Shown here piece after piece: positions 40,877 through 50,497 of a DNA stretch of 64,000 bases. The notes beneath the pieces were generated by a model. It made no database searches, had not been told where the DNA came from, and worked only from the letters and a program-made list of their open reading frames with translations. The stretch's first letter is position 1, and the number at the start of each line of letters is the position of its first letter. Source of the stretch: Candidatus Dormiibacterota bacterium (GTDB lineage: Bacteria > Chloroflexota > Dormibacteria > Aeolococcales > Aeolococcaceae); the NCBI GenBank assembly GCA_963718525.1, contig OY970355.1, positions 2,432,001-2,496,000 on the forward strand, in the 5' to 3' direction. The position numbers and the translations under genes were made by a program.

Positions 40877-41265
40877 TGCGCCGTCCTCGACGGACGCGCA
40901 GATGCTTGCCCTCGCATCTTGGGGAGATGGGCCGTCCGAATCGCTGAACACGTCGAATCCTCACGGCTTCGACGGTCCGGTATATCCGTCTCACCACGAG
41001 GGGTTCAGCTACTCTCCACGACGCCGGGCTACTGGTGCCCGCTCCGTTGGCTGTCCGGCGGGCTCGTCTCAATTGAGCCCCTTGTACCGGTGCGTCGCCC
41101 TCGGCCTTATTGGGTCACTTCCCCGCAGGGATACCGGGTTTCCACCGCCGAAGATAGCACATTCGTTCGGTCTCATTCATCCGGCTAGCCAATCGAGCGG
41201 AACACTATCCTGCGCCTTAGCGACATCAATGAGCGAACTCGCGCCGCACCCGCGATGTTGCCGCC

Positions 41266-42984
41266 CTACACCGGGCTAATTGGTACTTCCGAACGACCCT
41301 CCAGTGGTCGAAGATCCAGACTAGTCGAAGGGGTATCCCGCGAAAACTCCACCCAGCATCCAGCGAATTCCGCTGGCTGCTTCACCGTCAATCGGTGAAC
41401 GCCGTTCGCTCGCGGCTGCACATCAACAAGGCGCGCGTCACTAGCACTGCCACCGCCTACCGGGGCTGTGAACTCCATGCCCGGGTTAGTCAGCAGCGCC
41501 TCCATGACCGAGTGCGCTATCCGCTCGACAGCTGCTCGCAGCAGCGTGAACACGGCGCCAGACGGATCAAGCTTGTAGCCGCACCAGGCGGCGACAGCAT
41601 CTATTGAGCCTGGACTCTGTGCGGCTCGCCGCGCTGCCTCGCGTCCTTTAGTTTTGGTCCCCAAGACATCTTCGAGCGTTCCCTGCGGGTGTAGCCACAG
41701 TCCCGCGTCCCTCCAAATTGCCAGCAATCCGTCGATGCGAGCCGCCCAACCCGTGTCCGCAGGTACGTCATTCGCGAGCCACTTTGAACGCGCTTTGGGA
41801 TCGGGTGGAACATTCGCTCTTCTCATCTGCTCCGTCAGAGGCTGCAAGACGCCGGAGGTCCGCGGGGGCTCGGTGTGATACTCGTGCCGGTAGCGTTCCG
41901 TAACCTCCGGCATTGCGTCCATTGCGCGTTGCACCTCCTGTGCAAAGCACGCATCAAGATCCGCAACCGCGCACACGTTGAGACCCATCTTCTTGCAAAT
42001 CTCGTACCACAGAGCAACACCGCCGCTCCCACCACACTCGACGAGGTCTGTCTGTGCGACTACTTCTGCTGGTTGCGTTCGCGCGAGCGATGTGCTTAGC
42101 GCAGAGACGTCATCTACGCCCTCCACTAGCACCGGTCGCGGCGAAAACACGATCTGCCCGATCAAATCGGCGTTGTGTTGCAGTGAGGCGGTGACCCGGT
42201 CCATCTGCGACGCTAGCACGCTGTCGATAATCCGGTCAGGCTTGCGTCCTTGGGAGAAATACCAGATCGCGCTGAGATCCGAAGCTTGTTTCGGACGCAG
42301 AATCGTCGGCTCGTGGGAGACGACAAGTGCTCTTCTGTCTGGCCGACTGCACTCGCGCTCGAGCTCGCCAAGCCAAAGTCGCACCATCGCGGGGTGGAGA
42401 TGAAGCTCAGGTTCGTCAACAACCAGAAGCTGCCAGTCCGTCCGGTAAAGTGCCGTTAGTAGAACGAAGAGCTCGCGCAGCCCATGGCCCTCATCCCTCA
42501 ACAAGGAGTATTCCACGGCGCCAACGCGCACGTAGGGGTCCAGAAAGCCGGACGTCTCGCGCAGCTCGATCACACGATTGAGAGATCTCTGCAGGAACGC
42601 GGCCACTCGCAGCCACACTTCGGGCTGCTCCTTCAGCGCGTACATCTCGTCGATGCCGCTACCGCTCGTTTGCGAGAATCCCCGCGCCTGGTTCCTCTCC
42701 TGCTCCCCGAGCGGAAACCCCCGATGGCCCTCCTGACTCGGAACCGAGGTCCATCCGTAATTCGTGTACGTGCTAAGGCCTGCCAAGCGATCCGTAGCGA
42801 GAAACCGTCCCCCGAGTTGGCTAGCAATCAGCTTTGCAGTACGCGACTTGCCGGTTCCGTTCTGCCCAACGAAATACGTAACGGGATATGCCCAATCCGT
42901 GAGCTCGAAGAATGTTTCCGACCCCGAGCCACCCTTTGGAAAGATCTCGACGGATACCAATTTGACGGGGGGCAACGTCGCCAT
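41266..42984 (-). CDS. OLD-family ATPase-TOPRIM nuclease
   Basis: GQNGTGKS, VVDEPELHLHP, VSHEP, LVEGVDD, ADLD. Confidence 0.85.
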   Translation of the reverse strand: MATLPPVKLVSVEIFPKGGSGSETFFELTDWAYPVTYFVGQNGTGKSRTAKLIASQLGGRFLATDRLAGLSTYTNYGWTSVPSQEGHRGFPLGEQERNQARGFSQTSGSGIDEMYALKEQPEVWLRVAAFLQRSLNRVIELRETSGFLDPYVRVGAVEYSLLRDEGHGLRELFVLLTALYRTDWQLLVVDEPELHLHPAMVRLWLGELERECSRPDRRALVVSHEPTILRPKQASDLSAIWYFSQGRKPDRIIDSVLASQMDRVTASLQHNADLIGQIVFSPRPVLVEGVDDVSALSTSLARTQPAEVVAQTDLVECGGSGGVALWYEICKKMGLNVCAVADLDACFAQEVQRAMDAMPEVTERYRHEYHTEPPRTSGVLQPLTEQMRRANVPPDPKARSKWLANDVPADTGWAARIDGLLAIWRDAGLWLHPQGTLEDVLGTKTKGREAARRAAQSPGSIDAVAAWCGYKLDPSGAVFTLLRAAVERIAHSVMEALLTNPGMEFTAPVGGGSASDARLVDVQPRANGVHRLTVKQPAEFAGCWVEFSRDTPSTSLDLRPLEGRSEVPISPV

Positions 42985-43347
42985 CTCGGGGCCAGGCCTC
43001 AGCAGCGAGTTAGCACGACGACGATCGCCGCGAGATCGTTGCGCACGGTGCTAACTGCGACACGCACTGATCCCACCCCCAGCTCAAGACGCAATCATCT
43101 GAAGGGAGCGATCGAGATCCTCGTCCGTGGCAGCGTAACCGTGTCCTGTAGGCCACACAAATACAATCCTGCGACATCCCGAGAGACTCCAGGTCGGCAC
43201 GGGGACGCGACAGCATCAGCACCGCACGCTTCGCTTCGGGCACGAATCGACCGTAGTCGCCTAGCTGCCCGATACTCATCCTGACCGCCTCCCCAGTAGT
43301 TGTGCCTTTCGCTTCGATGAGAACTCAAGGATCTCAGTCATGCGCCG

Positions 43348-43638
43348 TTACATCGTGTAGAGCGACTTCAAAGCTTCCCAGTCCTTCTTGCCGCGACCAG
43401 CCCAGCTCCTATTGGCGGCCGAGGGAAGCCGAAAAACGCCGATCCCCGCTGGGGAGTGTGGAACATACGCTGCCAACTCGTCCCTCCATTGTCGCGCTGT
43501 TCCTCCTTGTACGACCCAAACGTCCTTGAACCCATGCCATGCCTTGTACCCGTTTCGCTGGAAGTGTGCCTGGATAAGGCTCCGCTGGGTGACGTTGATG
43601 CCGTCCGCAGCGATCAGGAAGAAGTCGCTATCGGCCAT
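43348..43638 (-). CDS. small hypothetical protein, possible ferredoxin-like (Cas2/VapD-like) fold
   Basis: overlaps the TIR gene end; FFLIAAD..WHGFKDVWVV..WRDEL..WAG pattern. Confidence 0.65.
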   Translation of the reverse strand: MADSDFFLIAADGINVTQRSLIQAHFQRNGYKAWHGFKDVWVVQGGTARQWRDELAAYVPHSPAGIGVFRLPSAANRSWAGRGKKDWEALKSLYTM

Positions 43639-44539
43639 CTGTCGTCTCGCCTGCGTCAGCATCCTCGCTGCCCGCCTCAGGCCCGGAGCTTGAGTTTGAC
43701 CCCTCTGATTCGCTCACTTCGTCCTCCTCGGTCTCCCGCCGGTGAGGGATCTGCCCGCCGACTCGTATCCCGTAAAAGGCCGCCATCTCACGTACCGACG
43801 CCATCACATCCTCAGGCATGGGCATGTCTGAAACAATCCAGAGTTCCTTCCCCGAGGTATCACGCCCCGCCCGAGCCGCCGGGTCAACCCCTCTTAGAAT
43901 CGCTCCGACTTCACCCCAGAGGGGATGGCCCGCGGTCATCGATGGCTCAGCGGGCGGACTGGTCGGATGACGAACGATGCTGCGCACCGTCGCCAACACC
44001 TCCTCTAGCAACTCTCGATCACTGCGATCAGTACTCTTCGCTGCTGCGGCCGTCGAGTGGTCGATATCAGCAAACATTCTTTCAAGGTCGGGCCACCATT
44101 TCTCCACGGCCTTGTCTAGCACCGCCTGCGCTAACGGTCTGTCGGGAGGCGTGCAAGCCTCGTTGATCGACCGCATGATCGCCGCAACGCCCATCTTGTC
44201 GGCCGGTCGCCCTTGGAACTGACCGAGCGGTGGGGTGACGTCCGTCTGCTTAAGATCCACAGCCAAGGGCACTACCCGGTTGGACCCAACGCCTTTGGCC
44301 AATGCCCCGGCTTCGAAGTTGAGCCAGGGGGCGTGCTGATTCTCGACGGTGACGCAGATGATTCCGAAACTCGTTTCCTGCAACTGATCCGCAATCTCTG
44401 CTTCCCATCGCGCTCCCGCCGCGATATCCGTGGCCGACATGAACGGCTCCACGCTGTTGATCACCTGAGGCATCCAGTCTCGGAGTGCCGTTGCGACCGC
44501 TTGGCTCTTCTCTCCCGACCAGCTAAGGAATACCTTCAC
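43628..44539 (-). CDS. TIR-domain protein
   Basis: MKVFLSWSG, GARW, WLNFEAGAL (catalytic Glu), PLGQFQ. Confidence 0.9.
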   Translation of the reverse strand: MKVFLSWSGEKSQAVATALRDWMPQVINSVEPFMSATDIAAGARWEAEIADQLQETSFGIICVTVENQHAPWLNFEAGALAKGVGSNRVVPLAVDLKQTDVTPPLGQFQGRPADKMGVAAIMRSINEACTPPDRPLAQAVLDKAVEKWWPDLERMFADIDHSTAAAAKSTDRSDRELLEEVLATVRSIVRHPTSPPAEPSMTAGHPLWGEVGAILRGVDPAARAGRDTSGKELWIVSDMPMPEDVMASVREMAAFYGIRVGGQIPHRRETEEDEVSESEGSNSSSGPEAGSEDADAGETTDGR

Positions 44540-44620
44540 GAGCTGGAATCCTACGCCGGCCTCTGACCTGACACTTCGACGCGAGCCTCTCTAGCAGGGT
44601 CTCCGGCGGTGCGCAGTAAG

Positions 44621-44647
44621 GGGGTTGTATTAGCGATTGACGAGGTT
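44621..44647 (-). repeat. right att site 1
   Basis: GGGGTTGTATTAGCGATTGACGAGG-TT. Confidence 0.8.
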
Positions 44648-44897
44648 GGCCAGTTAGATTGGCCGCGCGGTCGACGAACTTTCGGATTAGGCCGTCGACC
44701 TTTGTACCGCGACGTGCTGGATCGCTCGTCTCTTTCGATCGAGGGACCTCGGCGGAACGTAACGTTCGCGCCGTTGTCGTGGCCATTGACAACTCGCCGG
44801 GCGTTCACCGAGAATCACATCCCGTCCCGCAGATTCTGATTGTGCCTCCGAGGATTTGCCGTTTGGCAATCAGGTCGAGACAGGAGGACCTTGAAGA

Positions 44898-45722
44898 ATG
44901 GGCACGATCACCACTGCCGATGGCACGGAGATCTTCTACAAGGACTGGGGGGCGGGCCAAGCGATCGTGTTCAGTCACGGCTGGCCGCTTTCGGCTGACG
45001 ACTGGGACGGCCAGATGCTGTTCTTCCTGCACCATGGCTACCGGGTCATTGCCCACGACCGGCGTGGGCACGGCCGCTCGTCGCAGACCGGCGATGGTCA
45101 CGACATGGACCACTACGCCGATGACCTGGCGGCGCTGACTGCACATCTAGATCTCCACGACGCCGTTCATGTCGGCCACTCGACCGGTGGCGGCGAGGTC
45201 GTACGCTACGTCGCCCGGCACGGTGAGACCCGCGTCGCGAAAGCGGTACTCATCAGTGCGGTACCGCCGCTCATGGTGCAGACCGACGCCAACCCCGGCG
45301 GCCTGCCGAAGAGCGTGTTCGACGACCTGCAGTCCCAGCTAGCCGCCAACCGGTCCGTGTTTTACCGAGCCCTGCCGTCGGGACCCTTCTACGGCTTCAA
45401 CCGGCCCGGCGTCGAACCCTCGGAAGCGATCATCGAGAACTGGTGGCGGCAGGGGATGATGGGGGGAGCGAAGGCACATTACGACGGCATAGTTGCCTTC
45501 TCTCAGACCGATTTCACAGAGGACCTCAAGAAAATAACTGTGCCCGTGCTGGTAATGCACGGAGATGACGATCAGATCGTTCCCTACGGCGACTCCGGCC
45601 CGCTGTCCGCGCAGCTCGTCCAGAACGGGACGCTGAAGACGTACCCCGGGTTCCCACACGGCATGCCGACCACCCAAGCCGAGACGATCAACGCCGATCT
45701 GCTGGCCTTCATCCAGTCCTGA
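44898..45722 (+). CDS. non-heme chloroperoxidase-type alpha/beta hydrolase
   Basis: [34 protein letters not shown]. Confidence 0.93.
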   Translation: MGTITTADGTEIFYKDWGAGQAIVFSHGWPLSADDWDGQMLFFLHHGYRVIAHDRRGHGRSSQTGDGHDMDHYADDLAALTAHLDLHDAVHVGHSTGGGEVVRYVARHGETRVAKAVLISAVPPLMVQTDANPGGLPKSVFDDLQSQLAANRSVFYRALPSGPFYGFNRPGVEPSEAIIENWWRQGMMGGAKAHYDGIVAFSQTDFTEDLKKITVPVLVMHGDDDQIVPYGDSGPLSAQLVQNGTLKTYPGFPHGMPTTQAETINADLLAFIQS

Positions 45723-45932
45723 CCGGCCCACCGCGTTATGGGACCTTGTGGGGCTGAGATCCGGGCTTCGCAGCGGCGGTGCCAATCGGAAGAGATAAAT
45801 CGCCCGTAAGCCGAATCCAGGAGGATAGGTCCGGTCACGGTGAACCCCGGGAGGCCGAAGTCCAGGGCGACGACATGACGCCAGGTGACGTCCTCACGCC
45901 GCCGACGTTGATCTCACTCGGCGGCTCTTGAG

Positions 45933-45959
45933 GGGGTTGTATTGACGATGGACGAGGTT
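45933..45959 (-). repeat. right att site 2
   Basis: GGGGTTGTATTGACGATGGACGAGG-TT. Confidence 0.8.
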
Positions 45960-46200
45960 CTCGAGGTTCTCGAGCTCTCTCGGTTGGCGATGCAGCCGGT
46001 CGCGCCGCCCAGATCATCACGCCGTCACGCGACCCAAGTTGCGTGTCGCTGCGGAGGCGCTGGTACTCGGGCCGAGGCTTGTTGGGGTTGAAGGCGCTGA
46101 TGTCGTCGTCGACACAGACCGCGGCGGATGCTCCAGCCCCGCCGCTGCGCCTCGTCGAGACAGTCCGCCTCCTGGCGCTGGACAGCCAGGCGCTCGGCTG
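45960..46200 (-). pseudogene. serine recombinase N-terminal remnant
   Basis: VDDDISAFNPNKPRPEYQRL..DGVMIW / DRLHRQPRELE, parallels the integrase at 35627. Confidence 0.7.
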
Positions 46201-46258
46201 GCTGCTAGAAGCTGATATTCGCTCCCAGGCGGAGGGCGGCAATGCCGTCGGTTAGGTC

Positions 46259-46774
46259 CTACTTGCCCTGAAGCTTCAAACGTTCGTCGCGCTCGACGGC
46301 CGCATCTTGGAGGACTTCCCACTTATCGAAAACGCGCCCTCCACCTGCCGCTCTCGACGATTCGACGAGCCACTTGAACGCATCCCACATTTGTATGCTG
46401 TGCCCAGCAAACATTGTGAGGATGAGTTCGTTGTCGAGCAGGCCGCCGCAATAGACGGTCCCAAGTTCCTCCCAGAAGTTGAGTAGCCGGTAGACACGCA
46501 GTCTCTGGGGGTGGGGGGCTTGGCCGAACATCTGTGTGTGTGCAGCGATCGCGTGGGCGCTCGACCCAGGCGGCAAACCGAATGTCCGCAGGACGAAGCT
46601 AGTGTTGCGGACGAACTCAGGGGCCCAATAGCGTTCGAAATACCGAATCACGGTGTCGAACTTTGCGGCGGCACGGCTCGCTCTGAGGCTTCGCCAAGCG
46701 ATCACGGCAGCGGCGACAAGCAGAACCGCTTGGACAGCAGATGCTACCGTTGCGATCGTTTCGAGAGTCAGCAT
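46259..46774 (-). CDS. DUF4760-like membrane-anchored protein
   Basis: N-terminal TM helix; LLNFWEELG..GLLD..W.. Confidence 0.6.
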   Translation of the reverse strand: MLTLETIATVASAVQAVLLVAAAVIAWRSLRASRAAAKFDTVIRYFERYWAPEFVRNTSFVLRTFGLPPGSSAHAIAAHTQMFGQAPHPQRLRVYRLLNFWEELGTVYCGGLLDNELILTMFAGHSIQMWDAFKWLVESSRAAGGGRVFDKWEVLQDAAVERDERLKLQGK

Positions 46775-47076
46775 GGCAACTCGAAACCGTTGTCAGCGGT
46801 CGGTCAGTGTCCGGCGGCGTTGAGCAGGCGTGACCTCCAACCTCTGCCGAAGGCAGCCGTCAGCTTCCGCCGTCCGGGTCAAGGTGGAGGGAAGTACGGA
46901 TCGTTCATCGGGGCCATCTCGCTACAGCGGATTGTTGGGTCGATGGAATTGTACGCACCGGAGGGGGGTTCAAAACAAGTTACCCGGAACGGCCGAGGGT
47001 TGGCAACATCGGGCCCGGTTCGAAACCGCGGATCGACGGCGGGGTATTCTCGCCTCCCAACCCACAAGATCGGCGC

Positions 47077-47484
47077 CTAGCCTTTGCCCTCAGGGTCGTA
47101 GTGCTTCTTGATGGCAGGGTGATCGGTCATCAGTTGCTTCAGCACAGGCTTTTCGAGCGCGACCGAGAACGAATCCAACGCCTTCTGGGCCGTGTCCAGC
47201 TTGAGTTCGCTCCTTTGCAACGCGTCCGCGGTTTGAGACTTGTCCTTAGTAGCCGCTTCGGCTGTCTTGTCGGCCGCATTCGCTCGTTGGGTTGCTTGCT
47301 CGTTTGTCTGTCGAGTAAAGAAATACGTGATGAACGACCCCGTCACCACCCCTACGAGCCCAGAGAGTAGCGTCCAGATCTTGACCGCATCATCAACTGA
47401 GTACCGAAGGATCGCCGCAATCGTAATGCTGGCAACGGCTGCCAAGATCCCTACTCCAACAACCGCGGAGGCGGTTGGATTCAT
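47077..47484 (-). CDS. two-TM hypothetical protein with coiled coil
   Basis: two hydrophobic helices ending in ..TYFF, then a heptad-like tail. Confidence 0.55.
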   Translation of the reverse strand: MNPTASAVVGVGILAAVASITIAAILRYSVDDAVKIWTLLSGLVGVVTGSFITYFFTRQTNEQATQRANAADKTAEAATKDKSQTADALQRSELKLDTAQKALDSFSVALEKPVLKQLMTDHPAIKKHYDPEGKG

Positions 47485-47738
47485 GAGTGTGGCCCTCCCT
47501 AACTGATCGAATGGAGCGATTAGATCACCCCATCCGCCGGGTTGTCCACCCGCTCGGGGGCCGGGTGGTGCCTCAGCCGCCGGCCGGTCGCGGGCCGCCT
47601 CCAACGTGAGGTGCGGCCCGGCACAGCTTGGGCTTGGGCGTCGCCCCGGAGCTGGACAGCCCGGGGTTCAGGTCCGTCAGCGATTCATGCGGTAACGAGG
47701 CGCTTCACAGCGTCGACACTGCTTTCCCCCGTTCGGTC

Positions 47739-47765
47739 GGGGTTGTATTAACGATGGACGAGGTT
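47739..47765 (-). repeat. right att site 3
   Basis: GGGGTTGTATTAACGATGGACGAGG-TT, abutting HNH codons GGNTDLE. Confidence 0.8.
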
Positions 47766-48663
47766 CTCGAGGTCGGTATTGCCGCCGTGGCTCTAGTGCA
47801 CCACGTGGTGGCCTTCGGTCCATGCGGGGCGGACGGTCGCATCCCGGGAAGCGGCAGCCCTGGTCGCGAAGAACCAGCGCGGTGCGGAGGTGCGCCGGGA
47901 TCGTCCGCGTGGCCCGTCCCACCGAGAGCGGCAGTGGACGTGTGCTCCCGGCCAATGGCGGCAAGATCGACCAGCGCGTCGGCCCTGCGCTGGGACGCCA
48001 ACCGCTCTTCGCCCCGACTCATCCCGTGACTGAGCGCATCGATCGCCGTCTTCACCAGCGCGCCGCCCTCGGCGTCGAGCTCACCACGGAGGACGAACAC
48101 GCCCCCATAGGTCTGCTCGCACTCGAACCAGCGGCGTTCGTGGGCGCAGTTGTCATCGGCGAGCACCCCATCGGGGTCGAGGCGCAGCCGGGTGGCCTGG
48201 GTGAGCATGCGCACGGCCCGGGGCTCAAACGTCTCCGCCGCGCCCACCAGGACGTGCTCGAAGGGCGCCAGCTGCGCCACGCCGACATCCTCGGCGAGGT
48301 GGGCGATCATGGTCACGTTGCTGAAGGAGGCGCGCCCGGTACGATCGCTGTCGAGCGTGGCCGGCAGCTCTCCCAGGGTCCGGGCCAGGTGGACGCGGTG
48401 GCGGCCGCCTTCACGGTCATCCCGCAGGCACGTCGCAGCCAGGACACCGTGCTCCCCCCGCCATCGGCCTGGGCGCCCCGCTCGCGATGAAAGCGGTGCA
48501 GACGGCGGATGGACTCGGCCTCCAGCCGATCGATCGCCCGGCGGATGTCGACGATGTCCTGACCCAGGGCGTGCGTCGAGAAGCCGTCGATGGACTCTCC
48601 GACGAGGGTATCGACCGCCTCACGCAGACGGTCTCGCGCATCCGGTATGGCGAACGCTTCCAT
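47764..48663 (-). pseudogene. DUF222/HNH (13E12-like) gene, N-terminal part, frameshifted
   Basis: STVSWLR, RLDPDG, SQRRADAL, RDQGCRFPGCDRP, WTEGHHVVH*SHGGNTDLEN. Confidence 0.85.
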
Positions 48664-48670
48664 ACAGGAT

Positions 48671-48691
48671 ATTATACCAAACACCTGTTCG
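48671..48691 (-). promoter_or_regulatory. LexA SOS box next to -10 of the DUF222 gene
   Basis: CGAACAGGTGTTTG-G-TATAAT-N7-ATG. Confidence 0.7.
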
Positions 48692-48960
48692 CCACAACAC
48701 GGACAATGTGCCCTCACAAGTTACAGCCACGGATAGCGGAAATATCGCACGCGGCTGAGGGCGACCAGGGCCGCAATCACAACTGCGAACACGGCCCCTA
48801 TGGCCGTTCGGACCGAGCACGACCGTTGCCTGGTGCGAGATTCACTTCGACGAAGCTCGCGCGCGCACGCCGTCGCCACCAACCACGCATGCCGTCGCCA
48901 CCAACCACGCCCGTCCGATAGGGCTACGTGTCCCCCGCCGGCGATAGCGCGCCGTCGTCG

Positions 48961-49482
48961 CTACGGATTCCCACGATCGATGACCGTCGTGGGTCGGAAG
49001 CTGGCCAACGCGAGCTCATACCGCTCTCCTTGCCGGCCGCCAACCTCAACCGGTCCAACGCCAACAAACCCGGCCTTCGTCAGCACCCGCCGTGAAGCGG
49101 CGTTCTCGTTGCTGGTGGCCGCCCTCAACGTCCGAAGCCCGTACTCATCGCGGGCAAGCCGGCACATGCGTCGCAATCCAGCCGTCGCAACGCCACGTCC
49201 CGCGACGCATTGCGCGATGCGATACCCGACCTCCGCGGTCCCATCCACGAGTTCATACAGATTGAAACGGCCGACGACCTTCTCGTGCTCATCGACAAGG
49301 ACGTGTCCGATGCTGAGCCCCGCTTCTTGTTCGGCGAGGAGCGCGCGGTATCGCTCCGCGAAGTGTTCATAGAAATCATCGCCACGATCGCTGATCGAGT
49401 TGGCGAAGTACGCGCGGTTCGCGAGCTCAAAATCGAGAATCGCTGCCTCGTGGTCGGGGCGAAGCCGCTCCAGATCGAACAC
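48961..49482 (-). CDS. GNAT N-acetyltransferase (RimJ/RimL-like)
   Basis: EVGYRI..AGRGVAT, NAASRRVLTKAGF. Confidence 0.88.
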   Translation of the reverse strand: MFDLERLRPDHEAAILDFELANRAYFANSISDRGDDFYEHFAERYRALLAEQEAGLSIGHVLVDEHEKVVGRFNLYELVDGTAEVGYRIAQCVAGRGVATAGLRRMCRLARDEYGLRTLRAATSNENAASRRVLTKAGFVGVGPVEVGGRQGERYELALASFRPTTVIDRGNP

Positions 49483-49854
49483 CTGTCAAACGTACTCTGA
49501 CTGAGCGTCCCGGCTACCGACTGCGTGCGAATGGTGGCCGCAATTGGATGGAACCTCCGGCTTGTGCGATGTCAAGGTGCGGCTCACCGGCCTTGCGATC
49601 GGACTGAGATCGTGAGTCAAGGCGGCCGTTGCCCGGGCGCTGGAAGACGCGGAAAACAACCGTGAGTCAAGAGGACTCCCTCGCGGTCCCCACTGTCCGC
49701 TCCAATACCTTTGCGTGTGGCCAGCCTTGCATCCTCCTCGGGCACGCCGTCCACAACGCGGTCGGGCGGCCGTTACCATGCTGCGGTGACCGACGAAAGC
49801 CACGGCTTCGGACGGCGAGAGGTTCGTCCGACTCCGATAGCGAGTTGACGAGTT

Positions 49855-50301
49855 ATGCCCGATACGATGGATAACGACCTCCGATGGCTTGTGCTGCCGC
49901 TCGCAGCCGTCACAGCGCTGTTGGGTATCGTGCAGTTCGCAAGGCTCACCGAGCTCGCGATCCAAATTTCTGGCATGTCCGGCGCCCCCTCTTGGTTGCA
50001 CCTGTTGCTGCGCTGGGAGTGGCCTGACCAGGTGCTTTGGACCGCGCCGATCGCCGGCGGAGTCGGAGGAGCGCTCGCCTTCCTGCGTTGGCGCGGGTGG
50101 TTCGGTCGAGCGCTCGTCGCCGTTGCAACGCTGGCGCTAGTCGTCGCAGCGGTCGTCTCAGTCGGCGAGTGGGGCTGGTCGTCCACGGTCCAGCTGGACC
50201 CACTATCTGGCCGACCTCTGGTCGCCGTGTCGTTCTGCGCGGCACTCGCTCTCACGCTTCTGTCCACGCGTCGGCGGCCGATACAGGCCGTGGAGCGGTG
50301 A
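49855..50301 (+). CDS. hypothetical membrane protein
   Basis: about four hydrophobic helices. Confidence 0.5.
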   Translation: MPDTMDNDLRWLVLPLAAVTALLGIVQFARLTELAIQISGMSGAPSWLHLLLRWEWPDQVLWTAPIAGGVGGALAFLRWRGWFGRALVAVATLALVVAAVVSVGEWGWSSTVQLDPLSGRPLVAVSFCAALALTLLSTRRRPIQAVER

Positions 50302-50347
50302 GCCCGCGGATCGCTGGAACCCGGCTGGTTTGTATTCAAAAAACCAA

Positions 50348-50424
50348 TGGTGGGCGCAATAGGGATCGAACCTATGACCTCTGCGATGTCAACGCAGCGC
50401 TCGTACCAACTGAGCTATGCGCCC
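50348..50424 (-). tRNA. tRNA-Val(GAC)
   Basis: cloverleaf, anticodon arm CTGCG-TTGACAT-CGCAG, GGTTCGATCCC, encoded CCA. Confidence 0.96.
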
Positions 50425-50497
50425 CTGGCCCGCAACCGGCAGGCGTGAGCGCCGTCGATGATACCAGTGCTTCCGGCCGTCCCCCACTGGCCCGGAT

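Larger units (their letters stand above)
37198..40951 (-). pseudogene. Rep_trans/MOB_T relaxase-replication initiator interrupted by IS256
   Basis: VDWL, ITRLDVALDD, TLYFGS, RIYDKALE, WTRVE; frame resumes as QQ-YGPTLA across the TSD. Confidence 0.88.
35598..44647. mobile_element. serine-recombinase integrative element with Rep_trans relaxase and defence-like cargo
   Basis: inverted 25-bp att arms with TT core at both ends; integrase, relaxase, oriT-like hairpin, OLD, TIR. Confidence 0.85.

Noticed and set aside
44621-47765. CRISPR array from the three 27-bp repeats
   Set aside because: Spacing is 1.3-1.8 kb with genes between, and there is no cas operon; an att-site explanation fits better.
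50348-50424. tRNA-Val as the island's attB
   Set aside because: No duplicated tRNA 3' end was noticed and no tyrosine integrase is present; the serine integrase's att sites map to the HNH gene instead.
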